Origin: Podarcis tiliguerta
Taxonomy: Eukaryota
Direction: 5' to 3' (one strand)
NCBI GenBank assembly: GCA_965153285.1
Contig: OZ229110.1
DNA length: 64,000 bases
The notes beneath the pieces were generated by a model that worked only from the letters and a program-made list of their open reading frames with translations, had not been told where the DNA came from and ran no database searches. Position 1 is the first letter of the stretch; every line of letters begins with the position of its first letter. The position numbers and the translations under genes are program-made. Below are positions 39,701 through 49,900 of the stretch, piece by piece.

Positions 39701-41589
39701 TCTTAGAAGGTGCTTGGGTGGCTTTTGGATTGAGATGTGTAAATAAGGCAGTGTCACTCAAACTTTTTGAATTAAGACCTTCCACTTAGAAACACTTTCT
39801 GCCTTCCCAGGCCACCCCACCCACCTGTAGCACTTAGAAATCCTCATGTACAGGTAAAATCACAAGCAGACAAACATCTGTAGAATAAAGCAGCAACTTT
39901 CTCACTGTGGGAGGAGAAAGCCTGTGACCAGTACAGACTTTCTCCATCTCTCAAGTCTTTCCAGGTGTTCAGACTTACCCCAGGTGTCTGCTCCATAGTT
40001 GGAGAGGGTAACAGAAAACTTTAAACAATCCTTAGTTCAGAAGAAGCAACTTTCTTATTAGTATGGTAGCTATAAGTCCTCATCTGCAACAGGAATTACT
40101 GTAAGTGTGTGTGTGTGTGTAACCCTACAGCAGAATGTTTTGCTTCTTTAACACGCTCCCCCAACAAAGGGGGGGGGGGAGATGTGTGTTACAGTATTAG
40201 AGAGAAAAATGCACATATCAATTGAAAACAAAATAGGAAAATGCCACCACCCACCTCTGAAATCATAGTAGATAGTGATGACTGATTCAGCTCCCCAGGG
40301 CATGTCACGGTCACAGCGCAGCACCCCCGTTTTATCATCACACCGCACATAACGCTTCCTGTTGGGGTTGTACATGGCAACATTGGGGTGCACAGCCAGG
40401 TGGAGGGTCCATTTTTCAGTTTCGGTGGCAGCCTGGGCAAAGCAAGTGACGTTCTCCTCTGCTCCACCCAGGTAGCGCTTGGACTGTTCATTTTGCAAGG
40501 ACACCTGCAGGGAGGGAAGGATGTCTGGTCAGCTACATTGCCCAAGACAAGAAAAGCAGGAACACTCTCAATGAGAGCAAAGAACATGGCAGAATAAAAT
40601 TCAGGTATCATTACACCAATTACGTTACACCTTTGGGCTTATGGAGTTGCCATGATCACCCAAGTTCCATTGTGCAACAGTTGTTTCCAGTTGTGCATGG
40701 GACATGGCTAGGGCACCTTGAAGGATACACCAGGCAACTAACTCTTAGCACAGGTACTCAAATAAGCTATTCAGACACATTCTCTCCCCTTCAACCCATA
40801 GTGGCTGACTATCATACTGTTTGGCTGACAGGGGCAAAGAGCTTTGGCTCATGTGACTGGCTTCCCAAGGAGACCATGGGGAGGAAAGTCCAGGGACATT
40901 TTGCACTCTTCCTGATGCACTTTACAGCCCTGCAGGTCAAGTGCAGGAATCTGCTGCCTGGACTTACCTGTAAGAATCTAGAAAAACCCTGCTTCTCACC
41001 ACAGCAAACTAGTCTGCAAATCGAGCTCAATCCTGCCCTCATTTCCGCCTCTTAATTGTAAAAAAACATTTGTAAGCAAAACAAGAGGCCCACATTTGGG
41101 CAATAGCGGCATAGTTTTGAGGCCCTATTGAGGCAACTTTCAGCATTGTTTCCCTACCTTCTGCCCTCCGTCTCACTCACCCAACCACACCCAACCCTCT
41201 TTGTCCAGAATTCCAGCCCGATAATATCGGACATAAGCTACACTTGAGAGATAGGATGCTTGTGCCTGGGTGAGAGACAGCACCTTGCCATCTGGATACT
41301 GATGCAAGAGGAAGAAGGTCTGAGGCCCTGGTTTGTCCTGGTCACAGGTGACTTTTCCATTTGCGTCAGCCGCCAAGTAGCGTTTCAGTGCACTGATCAG
41401 GTGAAGCTTTTGGCCAGCCCCTTCTCCTGGGCCAGCTGCCCCTGCTCCCTGTGGGCTCACAAACTGCAGTATCCACAACTGGCGAGGCTTCAGTTGCTTG
41501 CCTGTGGCTGCCACCTGGAAACGGAAAGGTTCAGCAGTCAGGTACCGGTTGGCCGCATTAACAAGGCCAAATTCTAGTGAGTATGTCAT
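33717..41589 (-). CDS. Divergent fascin-family actin-bundling protein (four beta-trefoils), 494 aa; not assignable to FSCN1/2/3
   Basis: Seven exons (minus): 41589-41284 (MTYSLEFGLVNAANRYLTAEPFRFQV..YLAADANGKVTC..PDGK), 40504-40255 (VSLQNEQSKRYLGG..CFAQ..EKWTLHLAVHP..RKRY..DRDMPWG), 38739-38458 (KYGLRN..VALRDEEGKYL..EELF), 37547-37429 (ADLYAN..EIFQ..KKVCFRSHSG), 35789-35636 (WFDIQY..PNGQL), 34680-34507 (LVNRPLLVL..GYVG), 33916-33717 (KYWALD..KAPNNKF..TLFHF*). Total 1485 nt, no stops or frameshifts, all GT-AG, Kozak ACCATG, AATAAA at 33690-33685. Colinear with fascin-1 along its whole length. Confidence 0.92.
34116..34216 (-). mobile_element. CR1 LINE 3' fragment
   Basis: AGAGTTGGAAGGGACCCAAGGGTCATCTAGTCCAAC is the reverse complement of a CR1 3' end; it lies in fascin-like intron 6. 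Confidence 0.65.
37728..38088 (+). mobile_element. Full-length Sauria SINE
   Basis: GGGACGCGGGTGGCGCTGTGG head, GGTTCGAATCCC B-box, ACCTTTACCTTT tail; 13-bp TSD TATCTTTGGAGAC at 37715-37727 and 38089-38101. Confidence 0.92.
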
Positions 41590-41966
41590 GGTGAGAATAA
41601 CAAGAGACTTGAATGGTACCCATTCATCAGACCAGTTATCTGGGCTCACTTGAGATTAATCCTGGTCCCTTAGATCACAATCATCACCTAGCAACCAGGT
41701 AAACCCACCCACTCAGCATTAAGCCCCTCCCACAGACTGTTCACCACTCAAGCTGCATTCTGAAAGTACTACCACCTCACCCGCCAGTCACAGGCAGATG
41801 CCCTTTTATGACAAACCTTCAGGAAGGTGAAACACAAACCATCTGTGCAAGCCTATGATGCCCAGAAACATTTCACTGAATGCCACTAGCAATCAGGACA
41901 ATATTCTTGTAACTGAACCTTTTCCTGCCATAGACAGAAAGCCCTTATATGCTATTGTATTTCCTT

Positions 41967-42241
41967 GAGAGCCAGTGTGGTGTAGTGGTTAAGAGCGATA
42001 GTCTCGTAATCTGGGGAACCGGGTTCGCGTCTCCGCTCCTCCACATGCAGCTGCTGGGTGACCTTGGGCTAGTCACACTTCTTTGAAGTCTCTCAGCCCC
42101 ACTCACCTCACAGAGTGTTTGTTGTGGGGGAGGAAGGGAAAGGAGAATGTGAGCCGCTTTGAGACTCCTTAAAGGGAGTGAAAGGCGGGATATCAAATCC
42201 AAACTCTTCTTCTTCTTCTTCTTCTTCTTCTTCTTCTTCTT
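41967..42241 (+). mobile_element. Young tRNA-derived SINE with long (TTC)n tail (Squam3-like)
   Basis: Near-identical to 16822-17068, with about 12 TTC tail units. Confidence 0.85.
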
Positions 42242-42814
42242 GCATCCTTGCCTGTAATATTCAATTTCACGTGAAAGGCACAATCCCTTTCAAAGTGTTT
42301 GAGTTTCATCTGTTTCCATCATGGCTTCATTTCCCCATCTCTGTTCAGCATAATGCTTATCCCTTTTTATGAAACCTGTCATTTCTGTTCATGTTTTCCA
42401 GAGCAAATATTTTTTAAAGGAGCTCCTTAAAATGATGCTGAGCATCGAATCTTCATTCAGTGTACTGATTTCACAATGGCAGAAATTCTCAAGGGTCTCA
42501 AATCTTTCCTTGGCTTGCTACCAGACACTCCCCTTTAAATGGAGATGACTGAGAGATAGAAGCTTTTAAAAAATCATTTTAATCTGTGTACATAAAGTGG
42601 GTTTGGAACTAGTTTAGCAGTACATAAAACCATGGTTGTACAAGGGCTACTACCCAGCCAAAATATGGCACCTGTCTTATCTAGCCATCCTCTTTTCCAT
42701 ATCAAGGTCTCCCCCCTGCCCCCCGCTCATATTTAGTGGAGATTCCAGAAAACAGCTCACCCAGCATTCAAAATAGTTACAAAATGAAAAGAAGCCATAC
42801 AATGCAGTATAAAA

Positions 42815-44781
42815 GATTGACAATATCATCAAGTTTATTACACAATTTCCAACCTATCAGAAAAAGACAAACAAATCAAATCACGAAGAACAGGGGTGGG
42901 TGAGTTGAGAGGAACCAAGGCTATGTTTCTGTTGTTTCATTTCTTTCTTTTCTTACTTCCATTATTTCAAAACAAACTAAAAATGTCCATTATGTAAAAA
43001 GCAACTTTTCCAATCATCAATTTTTAATATATTTTACATTTTAAGTTGTCACTCCATTGCTTACACAACTTTCCCCGTTTTATTTTTTTAAAAAAACCAC
43101 ATTTAGAGCTGAGCACCTCTGTGATCAACAGTACAAAAGGAGGTGCCACATCACACAAGAACATCCTTTGCCAGACACCACCCCTTCCGCCTTAGGCCAC
43201 AACATTGTTCTGTGAGACAAAACAGGGTCCTTCTACAAGGGAGGCTTCACCATGCAGCTGAACAATCACATTAAGTGTTCATGAACACAACAGATGCTTG
43301 GCCTCACTACCGAGATCCAGTTGCTGGAGACTGCATATTCCAGGGTGTAACATGTTACCTTGATTTTAAGTAACTGGGTGCTCAGGCTAGGATGGAGCAA
43401 TGAAAGCTGAAAATGAACACCCGAAGGGTTGCAACTCAAAGATGAGAGCTTAATCAAGAACTCTGCAGGTGCTTTTGTCCCATAATGCTCCGAACAAGCA
43501 GGTTTTTGCTGCAACTGGTCTCAAAGGGCTGCCTGGTGACTAGAGTGGCTCCAGAAACCCTACTTACGATTACATAACACAGCTAAATATGGTGGTGTGA
43601 AGAGACACCTCCCACTGTCTCTAATCGTCTCCCTAGACTGGCATGCCAGAGATCAGTGAGGTATGGTGCTATCTGAAGCAAACTCATGAGTGAACCACTC
43701 CAAAAAGGAACTCCTTTTAAAAGGAGGCAGGGGCCAAGGAAAGCTCTGGACCTTAAATCAACACATTCAACAAGTACATCACATAGAATTTAAAAAATGC
43801 TTAGGGTGTGCTGCATTCGGTAACTTCCAGGTAGCCCCAGCTTGGCTTTGCCCCTTTCCATTCTATGGTCTCCGTTCACAACACTTCCTCTACAACAAGG
43901 AAGGCGGCAATCTGGGAGGGGCTGGCCCCAGAAACAAAGGTTTACATCAGAAGTTACAACTGGAGCAGCTATTGCATGAGACAAAGCGAGGAAAATGGTT
44001 AGCAAATCAGTGGAAAGCGGACCTGCAGTAGCCAGATCTATTTTTTAAGGGAGATTCAACGTTGCGAGCCGGTTGACCAATGCAGGCCCCTCTAGAAGAA
44101 GCCAGGTAGAAAGGAGCTGACATTTTCCCGCAACTAAAGGAGGAAAGGAGAAGAAGGGGTCACCCGAAGAAGCAGCAGCCAGCCTGCCTTCCATCCTAGC
44201 AGGGAAATACTGTTTTCTAAGCTGTGTACAACGGTGCTGGAGGGCGAGACTGAAGCTGCTTTGGAAAAAGGAGGAATGGATGCCTCGATGCCTAAGAAAA
44301 CAATGCAGTGTGGATCGTGGACACGAGTTCCGGGGAGAATAGGGTCAGACATCTCATACTGTGCTGAAGCACCAGTTTTTCTCGCAGGAGACGAGCTGGA
44401 TGGGCTCCTTCCCCAGTGCTCCTAAAAAAGCCACGGAAAGGAAAGAGGCGAGAGACCTCTGTGGAAAGCACCATTCTCTTTGGGTCCAAGAATCCATGGA
44501 TTGAAGTGGCCCCCTGGTCACGGTGGCTCAGACAACCAACCCCTCCCACCCTCCAAGTCATTCAGTGCTTCTCCATCAAGCAGCAGCGACAGCACACAGG
44601 CAGAGCTCAGGTCCCAATACCATGGTGTGCCAGATGGAGTTCTGCAGGCAAAGTCCCTTCCAAGGGGTCCGGAAAGAGCAGAGGGCAGTGGGAAGGAGGG
44701 GGTGGAGAAGCCTCCGTATTTTAGTCTTGATTAAGGAGAGGAGATAAGAGTCCATAAAAACACTGAATGCTTCCCACGCTC
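42815..44781 (-). other. CPSF7: CPSF7 terminal non-coding exon (3' UTR)
   Basis: Donor GTGAGA 5 nt after the stop codon (exon end 46948); strong acceptor TTTTGTCTCTTTCTAG at 44783-44782; AATAAA (minus) at 43084-43079 and 42839-42834. The 3' end is estimated. Confidence 0.75.
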
Positions 44782-45872
44782 CTAGAAAGAGACAAAACAA
44801 AATTGGAAATGCTAGTAAGTTCTATAGCACTTTCAAAGAGGTATGTTGAGAATTTTGCCCATTAACCCTGGACTGTAACTCTGTGGGGAAGTCACAGTTA
44901 TTTCCACATGCAATAGGGAACCAAAGCTACAGGGCTGTCTTAGCTCATGGCTGAACTGGACTAGACTCAGCACTTTACCCACTGAATCAAACTTACTCTC
45001 AAGTCAGACTCATCGCCACCTTAGGTGCTAGTCACATTCATAAAGCAAAGAGGGTGGTGAGATTGCAAGGCTATGTTTTACTTATTTTTGTAGTTTCTAC
45101 TCCACTTTTTATTCCAGGGCACCCAAGGCAGATTGCCATTGGAAAAAAATGGCTAATTTTCAAGTTAGAGAAGTTATTCTGCCAATACTAGTCTGTGATG
45201 CGCCTCTTGTAATAAAAGATCTGAACTATTTTATTTTTTTTGCAATTTCTTTCCCTTATACTAGGTCTGAGAATTCAAAGTAATATAAGTGAGTTGGATT
45301 TGTTGGTGGGTTTATTGGTTTGCTTTACAAAGAGGCAAACAAGACCAGCAAACATGAACACATGTAAAAACTCTTCAAAGAGATAGTTACGTCTTTGAGT
45401 CATAGCTGGGCTCATCAGGGATTCCATAAATCAAACACACTAATGATGACTGAATTTGAATTTAATGCTTGCAGAGGTACAGCCTAAGACACAATCAATA
45501 CAGTCAGGAAGGGCGAAAGTAGCTTTCTGCACAAACGTAAAAACAAAACTACCCAAGCACTCCCACTTTGTTTCTCCCATGGCATGGATGGGAGCAATAA
45601 GCCATGGAGATTGGCTTGTCATTAACATGCACATTGGAATCGCAGCTTGTTTCTCTTGAACAATAGTCAGTAAGTCAAGAACAAACTTTGGCTTGTGGAT
45701 TGTGTCTTGTTCAGATTATTGCTGTCATTCATGGCAGGGCAGCAGCAAACTGGCAGCTACTGAGCAGTTTGCATTAGCATGCTACTAGTTCACAGTAACC
45801 AGGACTTATTGCAATATATAGACTGGGCCCTTGACACATTTACCACGCATCTGATTCTAACCTACAGAAATA

Positions 45873-46472
45873 CCGTAGTTTTCACTCGGTAAGACGCACC
45901 TAGTTTTTAGAGGAGGAAAACAAGAAAAAAATATTCTGAACAAAACAGTGGATGTATGATTTTTGTGGTTCATGCTGTGGCCACAAACATGTGATTTGAT
46001 GCTGAGTTTGGGGTAGCCCAATGCAAAAATCCTGAGAATCTATGTGGATCCGTGCTTTGTAACCACATTTTTGCGCCATTGCAGCCCCACAAAACAGTGG
46101 GTGCGTGATTTTTGGGGGGCAAGCTGTAGCCATGGACATGCTATGTGATCTGATGGTGAATTTCGGGTGACCCAATGTAAAAATCCTGAGGATCCATGGG
46201 CTTTTACCTCCCCCATCCCAGGCAGCCTCCTTTATTGTTAGCGTCCCTTATCTCCCTCCTGATCACTTGCCGATCAGCAGCTTTGTTTCAACACCCACTT
46301 CCCTCTTTTAAAAAAAAAAAGAAGAAGAAAAAGAAAGAAAAAAAGCATGATCTGCATTTCACCCCTGGGCAATTCGGCTCCAGTGACCACACACTCGCTC
46401 CATAAGACGCACAGACATTTCCCCTTACTTTTTAGGAAGGAAAAAGTGCCTCTTATGGAGCGAAAAATACGG
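45873..46472. mobile_element. Tc1/mariner(pogo)-type MITE, same family as 167-578, opposite orientation
   Basis: Ends CCGTAGTTTTCACTCGGTAAGACGCACC and GAGCGAAAAATACGG; shares the CCCCTTACTTTTTAGGAAGGAAAAAG subterminal sequence. Confidence 0.75.
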
Positions 46473-46952
46473 CAATCCACTGGTCACAGTACAAGGAATA
46501 AGGAAAAGTACCCTAACAAAGTTGCATAGTTGCCCTGAGACACATAGTTATTCCGAGCCCAGCTGAATATACTATAAATCTCCTAAGTGAGAAAATAAAC
46601 AGTTCAAGCATGTACTCAAAGTGCAAGTCAATCAGGGAGTAGGCAGCTCCCTTATTTTTGAAAAATCTTACCTAGCAGAACATACTGCATGGAGAACACA
46701 ATACAATATGTATTTGCCCTGGTAGCTTAAGATCTATGCATGACCAGTCCACTCACTGAAGAGAAGTGTGAGATTATGCCATGGAAAGTCTTCCAGAGCA
46801 TAAGGGAAATCAACCTTACCTAGCCAGCATCTACAAGAGGGATGATACTCAACTTGAAGAGAAGGGTGCTTTTTTCGGAAAGGAAAATACACTGGGTGGG
46901 GGCTGGAGGGGATGGGAAAGGTAAAGCACCCTGGAAACATCTCTCACTTCTC

Positions 46953-49900
46953 TCAGTGATGTCGGTCTCTTTCTCTGTCCCTGTCTCTATGTCGCTCATG
47001 ATCCCGGCTTCTTTCCTGGAAATAGTCCTCATGCCGATCTTCATTATGGACGACGTCTCGGTGCCTCCTACTGCTCTCACGAGACCGACTGGGTGATCTA
47101 TCCCGAGACCGGTGCCGTTTTCTGGAAAACAAAGAGGTATCTAGTTACTGGCAAGCTGTAACAAGACCCTTTCCCCTACCAAAAGCACTTATTCCTACCT
47201 AGCTGTACAAAGCCCAGGAAGGGGACCAGAGCACAACTGAGACTCGCCCATCAGCAACATGAGTCACAGTAGCTGGATGACTTGGCAATAACTGTGCCTG
47301 AAGCTCACCTGGAGGAGCTGCTGCTGGTGCCCATGCTGTAAGACTTGGCTTCAATGCCATGAAGACAATCCTTGAGTGAAGAGATGAGGACTCTACACCG
47401 CTCATCATTTGCGACACGTGACTGTTTAATCACAGCAATGGCTGTGAGCAGGGTCTCAATGGCATCGCTGTAGTCCCCTGCAATATAACAGAGCAAAGGC
47501 GGCATGGTAAGAATGAGACCAGGAGCGAGAAATGGCAAGAGGTAGCAAAAGCCAGCTCTGGTTACCTGCACTGGCACCAGACACAGCTTTGGAAATGGCA
47601 CTGCTGGAAATTGCTCGATTCCTGTTCATGATATCTTCAAATTCAGCTTCACTGACAGGAGGTGGCAATGGGCCCAGTTCCCGGCTGTAGTACACAAACA
47701 CACACCCATCACACACAGAGGATAAACAGCTTCAAGCAGAACTATGACACAGTTCCTTATTCATAGACATGGCAATTCAAGGCCTTTCCAAACAGCAATG
47801 TGTGGTTGACCAGGTACTGCCCCCCTCCCCAAAGCAGACACTAAGTAGCATCCTTTAAGAACCAAGTTGTCAGCTGTCGTGCCCTAGAGCTATGCAAGGC
47901 ATTTTCTACCACCAACAAGAAGGTGGTTTCATGTCTAGTCGAACCATCACTCTTTGCATAAAAACAAAATAACTAAGCCCCTGGAGAATTAGGTCTGCAG
48001 CCTTGCTAAACAAGAGGCTTAGCTACTGTTCTTTGCACTGCTTAGTTTGGATTTTTTTCTTCTCAGATTCCTGGGAATGGGCTTGCGCTCACCTGCTGTG
48101 GTTGTATGCTGCAGAGGTCTTGTTATAGGTGTCTGGCGGGGGCCCCATTGCTGCATTGGGTGGGGGGAAGAAGGCTGGGTTGAGGTGCAGCGCAGGTGGC
48201 ACGGCCCCAGGAGGTGGCACAGTGAGGTGTGGAGGAAGTCGAGGGGGAGGGGGCATGAGGTGTTGGTAGTGGATTCCTGGAGGGGGAGGGGGAACCCCAA
48301 AGCTTGAGGAAAGAGGAGGGGGTGGTATGGGTGGAGGTGGCAGCCCCATGAGAGGAAGCGCAGAAGGAGGGCGGTTGAAGAAAGGCAACACAGGAGGCTT
48401 CTCAATGCGTGGCGGCGGCACAGCATTCTCTGTCGGAGTGGCTCGGCCGTCTACCGAGTCGGAGGAATCCCTTGAGTGAGCCCTCGGAGGCACCCCTGTC
48501 AGACATCACAGAAGAGGAAAAGCGCTCAACACTGTAGCAGTTGGGTAGGTCAGTTTTCTGACAAAATAACCCTCTCCCCGCTTTCCAGTAAGTACACCCA
48601 TGTCAACCATCATGCCTCTGAATTGCAATAACACCTTGCCCAAATATCAGAACTCTTATCTCATACATGTGAGAAAAGGTGGGTTTCACTGGTATGTGCA
48701 CACAGATTTTTGGGTTGATTTGGGCAAATGTTGAGGTATCTAGAGAGATACCTTCCTGCTCTGGAACTGGGCATTCCCAGTCTTGGCCAAGAGACCTGTA
48801 AGAGCTCTCTTAAGTGTTGTGTGCTGAGTTGACAGAGATAGTTGTATCAGGCACTGATTAAGAGTCAGATGGACAGGCAGCATAACATGCTAAATAAATG
48901 CTTAACTTTAATTACAATTTACAATAGCAGTGTGTCCAAACTGAACTGAGAACATTTTATTTATGGTCTTAGAATGTCTTGAGTGTATTTTACACTGTTC
49001 ACTTTCAGTGAAATAAATTTTGCCTGAGCATTCAAGTAATACTTATCATTCATATAGTGCTTATAGTGTGTTCAAAATGCTTTATGTATTAGCACAGTAA
49101 ACTTGCTAATAATCCTACTTGACAGATCTTTATCGCAAAGATTCTAGATAGGTGTTTAGGCTGAAAAAGTGTGGCTTACCTAATATTACCTAGTAACTGA
49201 GCTTATAGCCAAGGGGAAATCGGAACTGGTGTCTATGTTGTTTACATCTCAGCCATAGTCAGTATGTTATATTATATATAAAGATATATTAAAATATTCA
49301 TTTTTAATGTAACTGATTAGAACATCACATACTATCACAGACAAATGTATTGAACTTTCTCATTTAAGGAAAAGCAAAATCAGGAAGCTTCAAGAGAAAA
49401 GAACGAAAATGTGACAGACAGCATAAAAATTAATCAAACCATGCTGAATATAAGGGGAATATTTGACTAACCCACTCTTTGGTACAGTGACAACTGAAAT
49501 AGACGGTGTTGTATCCAATGCTGCATGAACAGAGTTCAGTGTGTTAATGGAAGCCCACTGTGCAAACGTAACACCACAAATGGGTTATCATTTGATGCCT
49601 AGGAACTTGGAAGTTGACTTAATCCAAGTCAGAACATTTACAATTCTGCTTCTGTGATCGACACATCTTGTTCAGTATACTCTACACTGACTGGCAGTAG
49701 CTCTCTGGGACTTCAGAGAAGACTCTTTCCAACCCTACATGGCGATGCCAGGGATTAAATATGGAAACTTCTGCAGACAAAGCAATTGTTCCACCATCTG
49801 AAAACTGCAGGCAACAGCCACAAAACTGTACATGAATGGCCTTCTCACTGAGCTAATTCTCTTAACTAATTATGTAAAATGTGTCTGAAATTCTAGCTAA

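Noticed and set aside
33717-41589. Calling the fascin-like gene FSCN1, FSCN2, FSCN3 or a processed pseudogene
   Set aside because: Wrong synteny, strong divergence from all three and a distinct intron set; it has six introns and no disabling mutations.
41945-42372. Poly-Lys and poly-Ser ORFs
   Set aside because: Translations of the SINE (TTC)n tail.
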